A DNA stretch of 56,483 nucleotides from a virus (Duplodnaviria > Caudoviricetes). This document shows positions 16,635-24,781 of the stretch, piece by piece; position 1 is the stretch's first letter, and the number at the start of each line of letters is the position of its first letter. The stretch spans positions 1 through 56,483 of the IMG/VR virus record IMGVR_UViG_3300015259_000006; one strand, given 5' to 3'. The notes under the pieces were generated by a model, which worked only from the letters and a program-made list of their open reading frames with translations, made no database searches and was not told where the DNA came from. The translations under genes and the position numbers were made by a program.

Positions 16635-16642
16635 AGGGGGGC

Positions 16643-16671
16643 TTGACAGCGCAAAGCGCTTTGCGTATTAT
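16643..16671 (+). promoter_or_regulatory. Strong sigma70-type promoter with a palindromic operator
   Basis: TTGACA-17-TATTAT; spacer holds the perfect 16-bp palindrome CGCAAAGCGCTTTGCG (16650-16665). Confidence 0.9.
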
Positions 16672-16691
16672 GTCCTTGAGGGAGTGGCACG

Positions 16692-16904
16692 ATGTACCAG
16701 CAGATGATTCGCGAGACGTTGGCCCGGCTGGGCCGGATCGGCACCGACGCGCGCCACGTCGAAGGGTGGATGCGCTGCGAGTTTGGGACGCTCGACCATC
16801 TCGGGGGCGCGACGTGGAACCGCGCTGTCCGCGAGGCTGTCGAGTGCGTCGACGCGGCGGAGCCCGGGGTCAGCGACCGGCTCGCGGCGTCCTACGGACT
16901 GTAA
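16692..16904 (+). CDS. Small early hypothetical protein
   Basis: GAGGGAG RBS; first gene after the promoter. Confidence 0.8.
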   Translation: MYQQMIRETLARLGRIGTDARHVEGWMRCEFGTLDHLGGATWNRAVREAVECVDAAEPGVSDRLAASYGL

Positions 16905-16918
16905 AGGGGAGGGGAACC

Positions 16919-17218
16919 ATGATGAAGGTGTTCGTCCTGCGGGGCGAGAACTGCTTCAGCGAAGACGGCGAGATCGCGTGGATCTGCGGCGTCTACGCCA
17001 CACGCGAGGCTGCGGAGGTGGCCGAGGCTGCGGAAGTGGCCGAGTGCCGCGAGAGCCGACCCGAGTTGGTCATCTACGACAACGAGGAGTCTGGCTACAG
17101 CGAGGAAAGCTGCAACTGGGACCGGGAGTACGCCATCGAGGAGCACGAGGTCGAGGGCGCTCCGGGCGAGGCCGTACCGGGGACTTGTCGCGGGGAGTTG
17201 ACCAATGACCACCAGTGA
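16919..17218 (+). CDS. Small, very acidic protein
   Basis: GGGGAGGGG RBS; MMKVFVL...ICGVYATREAAE...YAIEEHEV. Confidence 0.75.
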   Translation: MMKVFVLRGENCFSEDGEIAWICGVYATREAAEVAEAAEVAECRESRPELVIYDNEESGYSEESCNWDREYAIEEHEVEGAPGEAVPGTCRGELTNDHQ

Positions 17219-17456
17219 ACAGGCGAGGGCCGACGCGATGGCCGACGCAGAGACGCTCCGCATTGTCGCGGGGACGGAGTGGCCCGGCCGCACCAGCGAC
17301 GGCAGTCCATTTGTCCTCGCGAAAGCGAACGCTCGCCGCGGGCGAGGGCGGGCGAGCCTCGCATTCCACATCCGGCGCGGGCGCACTTACTCCGCCTATG
17401 CCCTCGTGATGGACGCGGCGCACGAAGCGTTCCGGGCCGTGCCGGGGCTGCGATGA
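17205..17456 (+). CDS. Small hypothetical protein
   Basis: GGGGAG RBS; overlaps its neighbours. Confidence 0.6.
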   Translation: MTTSEQARADAMADAETLRIVAGTEWPGRTSDGSPFVLAKANARRGRGRASLAFHIRRGRTYSAYALVMDAAHEAFRAVPGLR

Positions 17457-17590
17457 GGGGCGAGCCCTGCGAGGTCTGCCGGTACGGGCACATCTGCGAC
17501 CACTCGCCTTTCGGCCGCTTCGTGCTGGGTCTGCTCGCGCGGCTCGTGCGTGCATTCCGTGCGGTGCTGGGCCTGCGGGGCGACCAGTGA
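17453..17590 (+). CDS. Tiny Cys/His protein
   Basis: MRGEPCEVCRYGHICDH; ATGA/GTGA overlaps. Confidence 0.5.
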   Translation: MRGEPCEVCRYGHICDHSPFGRFVLGLLARLVRAFRAVLGLRGDQ

Positions 17591-17826
17591 CGCGCGCTCG
17601 ACGGCTCAGGGCTGGGGACCGCTTCCGGCTGCATCCCGACTGCGGGACCTGCGGCGAGTTCATCGTCGTACGGGTGACCCCGTGCTCGGCGATCGTCCGA
17701 CCGCTCGCGCGCCGGCACGTCGAGGTCGTGAAGGCCGGCGAGGTCGTGGCGTCCTTCGAGGCACCCGGCAAGGCCTTCGGCATCTCCCCCACCGCATCGG
17801 TAATCCTGTTGAAGGAGGGCGAGTAG
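17587..17826 (+). CDS. Small beta-rich hypothetical protein
   Basis: LRAGDRFRL...FIVVRVTPCSAIVRP. Confidence 0.65.
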   Translation: MTRARRLRAGDRFRLHPDCGTCGEFIVVRVTPCSAIVRPLARRHVEVVKAGEVVASFEAPGKAFGISPTASVILLKEGE

Positions 17827-18281
17827 TGGAACCCCACGTCTACCGCACGATGGTCGTCCGCGAGGGCACCCTGCCGCCGGCACGGTGCCAGAACCCGCGC
17901 GAGGTCCTCCCCGTCATCATCAAGGCTCTGGAGGGCTGCGACGTGCTCGGGAAGGAGTACTTCGGCGTCCTCTACCTGTCGTCGAGGTGGCACGTCGTCG
18001 GCGCCGAGATCGTGTCGATCGGCTGCCTGACGGCGACCACCGTCCACCCGCGCGAGGTGTTCCGCGGGGCGATCGTTCTGCCGTGCGCCGCGATCGTCCT
18101 CTTCCACAACCACCCGTCCGGGGATCCGGAGCCCTCGGCCGAGGACCTCGCGCTCACGCGGCGGCTCGCAGCCGGCGGCGCCCTGCTCGGGATCGAGGTG
18201 CTCGACCACGTCGTCGTCGCCAAGGACCTGGCGGGGGGCGAGTGGAAGTTCATCAGCATGAAGGACAGGGGGGTGCTCTGA
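17826..18281 (+). CDS. radC: RadC-like JAB domain protein
   Basis: E.F.VLYL, VHPREVF, HNHPSGDPEPSAED, IEVLDHVV. Confidence 0.95.
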   Translation: MEPHVYRTMVVREGTLPPARCQNPREVLPVIIKALEGCDVLGKEYFGVLYLSSRWHVVGAEIVSIGCLTATTVHPREVFRGAIVLPCAAIVLFHNHPSGDPEPSAEDLALTRRLAAGGALLGIEVLDHVVVAKDLAGGEWKFISMKDRGVL

Positions 18282-18517
18282 TGCGGCGCCCCTCCCTCTC
18301 GTCAGCAGCTCGAGCGCTTGGCCGGAAGGGCGGCAAGATCGGTGGCCTCACCACCGGGAAGACGAAGCGCCGGGGGAACTCCGCGTACTACCGGCGCCTC
18401 GCCCGTCTCCGTCGCCGGCTTCGCTTCTGCGAGGTCTGCGGCGGAGAACTCGGGGTCATGACGTTCGAGGCCTTCGAGGCGATGGGCCGGCGCTGCGCCG
18501 AGCACGGCGAGAGTTAG
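18281..18517 (+). CDS. Small basic KGG-motif protein with Zn knuckle, candidate autoregulator
   Basis: AARALGRKGGKIGG...YYRRL; CEVC...CAEH; last gene of the operon. Confidence 0.65.
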   Translation: MRRPSLSSAARALGRKGGKIGGLTTGKTKRRGNSAYYRRLARLRRRLRFCEVCGGELGVMTFEAFEAMGRRCAEHGES

Positions 18518-18876
18518 GCTGGCTGCGGCCCGAGGCCCAGCACCTTCTCGCGGGCAATCCGCAGTTTCTCCTCCGTGGAGAGATGCTCCTCCAGGGGGTT
18601 GCACTGCGTGCAGCGGACGTACTCGGCCTCCGTCTTGTGGTCCTGCGGGTCGTGCGCCGGCCCCGTGAGGTAGCTCATGACAGGCTCCGTGAGGTAGCGG
18701 TCAACGAGCCAGCGGACCGTCCGCGCCCGGGCCCCCGCCTGGAGCTTGTTCAGCGTCCGGGTGACGAGCGCCATGGCCCGCAGCTCGTCGGCGATCTCGA
18801 GGGACCCGGCGAATACCTCCTGCCTCCGGCTGAAGCTGTCCAACCGGCGCATCGCCCGCGGCTTCTTCTCTTCCAT
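18514..18876 (-). CDS. Hypothetical protein
   Basis: GGAGG RBS; MEEKKPRAMRRLD...CTQC. Confidence 0.65.
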   Translation of the reverse strand: MEEKKPRAMRRLDSFSRRQEVFAGSLEIADELRAMALVTRTLNKLQAGARARTVRWLVDRYLTEPVMSYLTGPAHDPQDHKTEAEYVRCTQCNPLEEHLSTEEKLRIAREKVLGLGPQPA

Positions 18877-19342
18877 GGTCTTTCCTCCCAAGTATTTGTC
18901 GAAGATCAATCTCCACGAGGGCCAGGTCCGTCTTCCCCCTCGTCGTCTTGGCGCGCAGCTCGAGCCGCTCGTACTCCTGGTCCCCGAGCACACGCCGGAA
19001 GAACGTCTCCTTGGCCAGGTGGTCGGAGTCCACTTCCCCGTGGCAGTGGCGGCAGAGCGGCCAGCCGTTCGACGGCTCGAAGCGGAGCCCTCGATACTTG
19101 CCCTTGATGAAGCAGTGGGCGGCGTCCGACCACGGCCGCTTCAGGCAGCGCTCGCACCACTTCCCGACTCGGCCCTTCCGGTAGATGACCTGCACCCACA
19201 GCCGATTGCACCGCCGCTCTCGCGTCCGGTAGTCGGAGGAACTCGCCGCTCGGAGGATGGTCGACCGCCGCGGAAGCCGGGTCCTGCGGATCCACTTCCG
19301 CGGCTTCGGCTCCCGCTGGGGAGGTTTCGGCAGCGAGGTCAT
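18701..19342 (-). CDS. NinG/Rap-like HNH-fold nuclease
   Basis: CERC...DAAHCF...LRFEPSNGWPLCRHCH...LGDQEYERL; C-terminus runs 176 nt into the next gene. Confidence 0.75.
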   Translation of the reverse strand: MTSLPKPPQREPKPRKWIRRTRLPRRSTILRAASSSDYRTRERRCNRLWVQVIYRKGRVGKWCERCLKRPWSDAAHCFIKGKYRGLRFEPSNGWPLCRHCHGEVDSDHLAKETFFRRVLGDQEYERLELRAKTTRGKTDLALVEIDLRQILGRKDHGREEAAGDAPVGQLQPEAGGIRRVPRDRRRAAGHGARHPDAEQAPGGGPGADGPLAR

Positions 19343-20559
19343 GAGCGAGCCTCCGCGAACAGCGGGCCCAAGATCCGGCGCCGGGCCATCTGCGCGTACT
19401 CGGGCTTCAGCTCGAGGCCACGGAACTCCCGCCCGTTCCGCAGCGCCACCACGCCCACCGTCCCGCTGCCGACGAACGGGTCGAGCACCAGGTCGCCCGG
19501 CGCGGAGCCGGCGAGGATGCAGGGCTCCACGAGGGCCTCCGGGAACGTCGCGAAGTGCGCGTCGGCGAACGGCTGGGTGGAGATCGTCCAGACGGAGCGG
19601 CGGTTGCGACTGCCGTTGTCCTCCCACGGCACGCCGAACCCCTGGTGGCCTCGGTGCAGGTCTTCCTCGACGCCTCCAGCGTCCGCTCTGAATTTGCGCG
19701 CCTTGTTCCCCGAACGGTAGCGACCGATCTTCGTGCGGTGCGACCGCCCGAGCCCGGTGTCCCAGCCTGACGGCGTGTTGTCGAACGGGGAGCCGGCACC
19801 GCCGCGGGGATGCGCACGGCCCGTGACGGGCTCGGCGATCGCGTCGTAGTCGTAGAAGTAGGTCGCGCTCTTCGAGAGCAGGAACAGGTATTCGTGTGCC
19901 CTGGTCGGCCGGTCCTTCGCGCTCTCCGGCATCGGGTTGGGCTTGGCCCAGATGATGTCCGAGCGCAGCCACCAGCCGTCCGCCTGGAGGGCGAACGCCA
20001 CGCGCCAGGGAATGCCGACGAGGTCTTTCGGCTTGAGGCCCTGAATCGAAAGCCGGTTCGGCTGCGTCATCGGGCCGAGGGCGGCAATGGCCGTGTGTTT
20101 CCCGGCGTGCGTGCCGTCCCTGTTCGCGCGCGTCTTCTTCCGCAGGATGGCCGGATGGTCGCCACGCCCGTTCGCGAGACGGTCGCCGCGGTAGCCGCGC
20201 GCCTGTTTTCTGATGGCGGTCGCCTCCTGCAGGCCTCGCGTGTCCTTCCAAACCCCGTGGCTGTGGTCGCGGTCGGCGTTGCCCGGTGGCGCCGATACGT
20301 AACAGTCGCCGAGGTTCAGCCAGAGGGTGCCGTCGTCGGCCAGTACGCGATGCACCTCGCGGAAGACGGACCGGAGGTGGTCGACGTACATCTCGGGCGT
20401 GGGCTCGAGGCCGAGGCAGCCGACCCAGCCATCCGGCCACGTCGACGCAGGGATTCCGTAGTCGCGCAAAGACCAATATGGTGGGCTCGTGACGCAGCAG
20501 CGCACGGACCCGGACGGCATCTCGCGCAGCAGCTCGCGGCAATCGCCCTGGCGGATCAC
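19339..20559 (-). CDS. N4-cytosine/N6-adenine DNA methyltransferase (beta class)
   Basis: GDCRELL, VTSPPYW, IIWAKPNPMPES, HFATFP, VLDPFVGSGT; start GTG 20559 (GTGA overlap). Confidence 0.95.
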   Translation of the reverse strand: MIRQGDCRELLREMPSGSVRCCVTSPPYWSLRDYGIPASTWPDGWVGCLGLEPTPEMYVDHLRSVFREVHRVLADDGTLWLNLGDCYVSAPPGNADRDHSHGVWKDTRGLQEATAIRKQARGYRGDRLANGRGDHPAILRKKTRANRDGTHAGKHTAIAALGPMTQPNRLSIQGLKPKDLVGIPWRVAFALQADGWWLRSDIIWAKPNPMPESAKDRPTRAHEYLFLLSKSATYFYDYDAIAEPVTGRAHPRGGAGSPFDNTPSGWDTGLGRSHRTKIGRYRSGNKARKFRADAGGVEEDLHRGHQGFGVPWEDNGSRNRRSVWTISTQPFADAHFATFPEALVEPCILAGSAPGDLVLDPFVGSGTVGVVALRNGREFRGLELKPEYAQMARRRILGPLFAEARS

Positions 20560-20885
20560 GCCCGGTCGTCCACGAGGTCTGCCTTGCGCCGCCCACCGAG
20601 CGTCTTGGCCCACCGACCTGGCGCGCCGTCTCCAATCCGCCAGTGGATTCGACTCGGTGCCACGAGCACCACAAGATCGGGCGAGAACGTGACCTCTCGC
20701 GCTCCAATCTGACACAGCACGGCCTGCCAGCGCGGGCGATGCTCACCCTTTTTCAGTTTGCCCGATGGCCTGATGTGGACCCAGTCGAGAACGCGGCCGC
20801 GCAGGTGCTGGACTGCGGTCTCGAAGTCATCGCAGAGTCGGAGATCGCGAAGACGGAGCGGAATCATCGGCGCGTGGTGTGCCAT
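20556..20885 (-). CDS. Hypothetical protein
   Basis: GAGGAG RBS; fills the gap. Confidence 0.5.
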   Translation of the reverse strand: MAHHAPMIPLRLRDLRLCDDFETAVQHLRGRVLDWVHIRPSGKLKKGEHRPRWQAVLCQIGAREVTFSPDLVVLVAPSRIHWRIGDGAPGRWAKTLGGRRKADLVDDRA

Positions 20886-20890
20886 GGGCT

Positions 20891-21421
20891 CTACTCCTCG
20901 ATATTTCGCAGGGTGGCGATCGCAGCGTCGATCTGATCGCGCCGGGACTCGAGCGCAGAGATTGCTGCGGCGATCGCTGGATGGTGCTTCTTGGGAGCTG
21001 GCGCCAAGGGCTGGCGCTTCTCGCGTGGCTTCGGCGCCGACTTCGGCGCGGCCCGCACGGCCGGCGCCGAAGGCCGCGGGACGGGCGGTGCCTTCAGCTT
21101 CGGCTTCCATGGGATCGAGACCTTCCGCAGGATCTCCGGCCGCAGCGGCGGCCGCGGGGCGAAGTCCGTCCGGCGCGCACCGCAGGCGCAGAGCCCGTCC
21201 ACTGGACCGTAGACGTGATCCGCCCGCATCTTCCCGTCCGGCAGCTTGCACTGAGGCTCCACGGTCACTCCCTTCTGCTTTTCGCGGTACGCCTTGTCGT
21301 ACGCGCTCTGTCGTCGCAGGCACGGCTCGCAGCGCAGGCGGCCGGCCTTCGGCTTTCCGCCGCAGCCGACGCAGAGCCTCCGTCTCTTCCGATCCTGTCG
21401 GACCTTCAGCGGCGAGCCCAT
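20891..21421 (-). CDS. Basic Zn-finger protein
   Basis: LCVGCGG...RCEPCL; C-terminal LESRRDQIDAAIATL helix. Confidence 0.65.
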   Translation of the reverse strand: MGSPLKVRQDRKRRRLCVGCGGKPKAGRLRCEPCLRRQSAYDKAYREKQKGVTVEPQCKLPDGKMRADHVYGPVDGLCACGARRTDFAPRPPLRPEILRKVSIPWKPKLKAPPVPRPSAPAVRAAPKSAPKPREKRQPLAPAPKKHHPAIAAAISALESRRDQIDAAIATLRNIEE

Positions 21422-21425
21422 GGCT

Positions 21426-21773
21426 TCAGTGAACCCGCTCGGCGTTCGTCGCCGCCCACGCCTTCAGCTTGCCGGGTCTGAAGTGCGCCACGTCGGAGTA
21501 GGGATCGGCGTCCTCGTCGGTGCAGATGTCGAGGCGCTCGAACATCTCTCCCCGACGAAGCACCGCGATCGCCCACACTCCGCCGAGCCCCGGCTTGCCG
21601 TAGCGCACTGCGAGCAGCGTGCCGTCCGAGAACGCCACCAGGACTCCGATCGCGTGGTCCGGCCCTTCGTCGCTCCCGTAGCATCCGACCTCGCCACGGA
21701 GCTCGCCCTCGAACTCGATGAGGTCGTCGCTCGCCCCGTAGACCCTCGTCCCCTTCGTCGGCTCGCCCATCAC
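21426..21773 (-). CDS. Conserved phage hypothetical protein
   Basis: VYGASDDLIEFEG...FSDGTLL...YSD. Confidence 0.8.
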   Translation of the reverse strand: MMGEPTKGTRVYGASDDLIEFEGELRGEVGCYGSDEGPDHAIGVLVAFSDGTLLAVRYGKPGLGGVWAIAVLRRGEMFERLDICTDEDADPYSDVAHFRPGKLKAWAATNAERVH

Positions 21774-22003
21774 TCACTCCCTTCGATTTCCTTCGCCCTG
21801 GCAGCAACGCGCGCCAGCCACCCGAGGAGCGACTCCCCTTCCTCGCGCGCGACCGTGGCAACTGCGCCCTGGTAGGCCTTGACCTCGGCCGGACTTGCGA
21901 ACTGCGGCGCCGGCACCGGGACGCGGACGCGGGTCGGGGTGGCTGGCGCCGTCGACGCGCTGTGGTTTCGGAACGGGAACTCCGGCTGGCCTCGCTTCGT
22001 CAC
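21770..22003 (-). CDS. Small hypothetical protein
   Basis: GAGGGGAG RBS; GESLLGWLARV. Confidence 0.55.
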   Translation of the reverse strand: MTKRGQPEFPFRNHSASTAPATPTRVRVPVPAPQFASPAEVKAYQGAVATVAREEGESLLGWLARVAARAKEIEGSE

Positions 22004-22013
22004 GCGTCTCCCC

Positions 22014-22736
22014 TCACAATGGGACCGGCTTCTCGACTGCCACCAGCAGCGCGCGCGCGCGGGAGAGAGCGGCCCTCACCCACCTGATCGAGACCCCCTT
22101 CGCGCTGGGGTCGGAGAAAGACTTGGCGGGATGACCCTCACCGGCGGGGATGGTGGCCACCCGCGCGACGATCGAGAGGGGCTCGACCTCAAGCCTTTCG
22201 GCGATCGTCGCGCAGACCTCAAGGAGCTCCTGCCGTTCCGGGTCGTTTTCCACAGGCTGTGGAGAACTCGGACGGACGTCCGTATCCGTCTCCGGATCCG
22301 AAGGAACGAAGGAACGTATTCCGCCCGGCTCAGCCGTGTCTTTTCGCGGCTCAGCCGTGGAAAGCAACGGCTCAGCCGTGTCTTTTCGCGGCTCGGCCCT
22401 ATAAAGAGGAGGCGGGGCCGGGATTGCGCTCTCGACCTCCTTCGGGTGCGGGTTCTGGTACCGCTCGAAGTTCTTGACCTGTATGAAGTTCTTGCCGTCA
22501 ACCGAGTAGCGGAGGATCGACCCGGCATACTGGAGGTCGTCGAGGAGCGAGTCGATGTCGAGGTCGGGCTCGAAGGGGAAGGCGGCCCCGTGGATGACCG
22601 GAGGCTGGTCGCGGAGTCGCCCCCGCTTGTCGGCCAGTCCCCACAGCCCAGCGAAGAGGAGCCGGGCGTGCGGCTGGCACGCGGCGAGCCGCTCGTCGGC
22701 GAAGAACTCGGGGCGGATGATGCGCTGGCGGGCCAT
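22014..22736 (-). CDS. Replication initiator (replisome organiser, winged-helix N-terminus)
   Basis: MARQRIIRPEFF.DE.L...ARLLFAGLWGLADKRGRL...NFERYQ; internal iterons. Confidence 0.85.
   Translation of the reverse strand: MARQRIIRPEFFADERLAACQPHARLLFAGLWGLADKRGRLRDQPPVIHGAAFPFEPDLDIDSLLDDLQYAGSILRYSVDGKNFIQVKNFERYQNPHPKEVESAIPAPPPLYRAEPRKDTAEPLLSTAEPRKDTAEPGGIRSFVPSDPETDTDVRPSSPQPVENDPERQELLEVCATIAERLEVEPLSIVARVATIPAGEGHPAKSFSDPSAKGVSIRWVRAALSRARALLVAVEKPVPL
22326..22399. repeat. Iteron array, probable replication origin
   Basis: CGGCTCAGCCG at 22326, 22347, 22368 and a variant at 22389; exact 21-bp period. Confidence 0.85.
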
Positions 22737-22752
22737 CAGGGTCGGGTCTCCT

Positions 22753-23121
22753 TCATGGCTTCGTGGTGTCCTTTCCTACCGTGCGACCTGCTGGCCCCAG
22801 GGCGCTCCAATACGCCTCAGGCTCTTCCCGGCGGGCCTCTGAGTTCCCGCCGAGTCCACCCGCCTCAGAATGAGCCGGGGCCAGCACGTCGCGCGCCGGA
22901 TCGTCGGAGTAGGCGTAGCGGTACAGGCTCGGCCCGCATTCATCGACCGTGTACCAGCCACCCGTGCTCGGGATCTGCCGCCAGAGCTGGCCGGCGACGA
23001 GCAAGAGGTTCATGCGAGGGTGCTTCCAGCCCGCCCGGAAGGGCACGAACGCGCAGGCCCGGCGCCGCAGGCAGCCCTCGCAGCGGGTCACGAGGAGCGG
23101 AGAGCGGACAGGACGCCTCAT
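22753..23121 (-). CDS. Hypothetical protein
   Basis: ATGA overlap; CEGC. Confidence 0.45.
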   Translation of the reverse strand: MRRPVRSPLLVTRCEGCLRRRACAFVPFRAGWKHPRMNLLLVAGQLWRQIPSTGGWYTVDECGPSLYRYAYSDDPARDVLAPAHSEAGGLGGNSEARREEPEAYWSALGPAGRTVGKDTTKP

Positions 23122-23417
23122 GGCTTCCACTCCGCGAGCGCCGCCGCGAACGCCTCGGGATTCGCCTCGCTCCCGGCGGCGAACTGGCCGTCGCCCATGA
23201 CGCGCAGCACCCCGGCTGGCCACCCGTTGAACTCGATGTAGGCGTGAAAGGGCATGACCGTGACGCCGCCCTCAGTCGTGATCGGCGTCGGATTCGCGCT
23301 GACCAGCCAGGACCAGGGGCCGCAGGTCCCCGCCCACCGCTTGCCCGGCATCTGGGCCAGCGACGGGAGGCCGGCGCGCGCGTGGGCGTCCATCAGGGCG
23401 TCCATGGGGCTGGTCAT
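23118..23417 (-). CDS. Hypothetical protein
   Basis: PFHAYIEFNGWPAG; GGAGG RBS. Confidence 0.7.
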   Translation of the reverse strand: MTSPMDALMDAHARAGLPSLAQMPGKRWAGTCGPWSWLVSANPTPITTEGGVTVMPFHAYIEFNGWPAGVLRVMGDGQFAAGSEANPEAFAAALAEWKP

Positions 23418-23875
23418 GGCGTGGCCTCCAGCCAGTACCAGACCAGCCCACCGCCCGCGTCGCGGTGAGGTAGCGGCTCAGCCGGCCCCCCCTGGCTCCG
23501 CAGGTAGATCCGCAGGTCGCTCAGCCGGGTACGCCATGCCGCGCCGGGAGGTAACAGCAGGGCCAGCTCGCGGTTGCTCGCCGGGCCTCCCGCCTGGAGC
23601 CGCTCCCAGATCAGCCTGGACATAGGTCGCAGCCGCTTCTGCTCCGACCGGGGGACGCGCTGGTCCTGGGCTGGGGGAAGCGGGGCCGGGGCGGGCGTGA
23701 GCGGGAGGTCGCGCTGGCGGGGGTGCAGGTCCTCCCAGTGCTTGCGCCGGCAGGAGTCAGAGCAGTAGGCCCTCGGCTCGCCCCTCCTGAGCCGTTGCGG
23801 AGGCACAGGTGCGCCGCAGGATGGCCTCCTGCACGCACCCGGAACCGCTGCGACGGTATAGGTTGACTCGCTCAT
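23414..23875 (-). CDS. Zn-finger plus winged-HTH protein
   Basis: C...C...YCSDSCR; SNRELA...WRTRLSDLR...GLVWYWL. Confidence 0.7.
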   Translation of the reverse strand: MSESTYTVAAVPGACRRPSCGAPVPPQRLRRGEPRAYCSDSCRRKHWEDLHPRQRDLPLTPAPAPLPPAQDQRVPRSEQKRLRPMSRLIWERLQAGGPASNRELALLLPPGAAWRTRLSDLRIYLRSQGGPAEPLPHRDAGGGLVWYWLEATP

Positions 23876-24072
23876 GTTCTCCCCCGTCGTCTGGGCCGCC
23901 GCAGCCTGATCTGCCGCCGCAACTCCTTGACCGCCCCGCGCGTGACGATGCTGTTGGACCCGCAGACCGAGCACTCCCCGGTGCGCGTCGTGAGCTGCGT
24001 CCTGTCGCAGTCGGCGCAGAGCCCGACGACGAGCTGCCGGGCCTCGGTGGCGAGTTCCAGGTCGAGGGTCAC
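23872..24072 (-). CDS. Small Zn-ribbon protein
   Basis: CADC...CSVCGS. Confidence 0.6.
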   Translation of the reverse strand: MTLDLELATEARQLVVGLCADCDRTQLTTRTGECSVCGSNSIVTRGAVKELRRQIRLRRPRRRGRT

Positions 24073-24197
24073 AGGGGCCACCCGTACAGGGCGAACCACA
24101 CCAGCGCCGCCGCCCAGGCGAGGCACACCACAGCGATTGCCAGGACACAGCCGCGCGGGGGATTGCCGATGTCCAGGGCTTCCGGCTCGTCCCTCAT
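24069..24197 (-). CDS. Tiny membrane protein
   Basis: GGAGG RBS; RGCVLAIAVVCLAWAAALVWF. Confidence 0.55.
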   Translation of the reverse strand: MRDEPEALDIGNPPRGCVLAIAVVCLAWAAALVWFALYGWPL

Positions 24198-24207
24198 GGC
24201 TTCCTCC

Positions 24208-24411
24208 CTATCCACCCAGCGTCGGCTCGGTGCCGATCAACTCCGCGACCATCGCCTCGCGGTACGCGACGACCTCCACGCACAATTCCTCGGACAGGGA
24301 TGAGCCCTTTCCTTCGCGCTTCGCCCGTTCGAACTTGAGCGCGGCCGCTAGCACACGCCGCGCCAGCTTGTCGAGACGATCCACGCTCGGCTTCTCGTTG
24401 TGTAGTGCCAT
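24208..24411 (-). CDS. Small helical protein
   Basis: MALHNEKPSVDRLDKLARRV. Confidence 0.6.
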   Translation of the reverse strand: MALHNEKPSVDRLDKLARRVLAAALKFERAKREGKGSSLSEELCVEVVAYREAMVAELIGTEPTLGG

Positions 24412-24462
24412 CAAGTCACCCCCTACCAGACCCACGGGCCGTCCTCGGCCAGCACGTCTACA

Positions 24463-24638
24463 GATCCAAGGAAGCGGCGGCCGGGCTCGATACCGGCTTG
24501 GGTCGGTGCAATCAGGGTGCCGACGCTTTCGCGTTGCCGTTGCCCACGCACGAGGAACCCCTGCGCAGGATTCCAGCGTCCCGTTCCGTCCCTACGCTGG
24601 CTAGCGTGTCCTTCCACGCCGCGCCGCTTCCTTCGATC
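24463..24638 (-). ncRNA. tRNA-shaped structured RNA candidate (not a canonical tRNA)
   Basis: 17-bp closing stem with one mismatch; D-like arm GCGTG-GAAGGA-CACGC; T-like arm GCCGG-TATCGAGC-CCGGC; extra internal hairpins. Confidence 0.6.
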
Positions 24639-24781
24639 CATAGCGCCGGGGCAGGCATCCCCGCCCGCCCCGGCATGGTTTCGGTTCACCAGTTCCGCGG
24701 CATGTCCCTCCTCGGCCACGCTGGCCCTCTCCGCTGCCGGACAATCCGGGAGCGGCACGGCTACGTCGGAGCGGTGGGGCG

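Noticed and set aside
22326-22399. CRISPR mini-array
   Set aside because: Units are 21 bp with repeating 10-nt spacers inside a coding gene, and there are no cas genes; iterons fit better.
24463-24638. Canonical tRNA or tmRNA
   Set aside because: No anticodon arm, no TTC T-loop, no CCA end and no tag reading frame.
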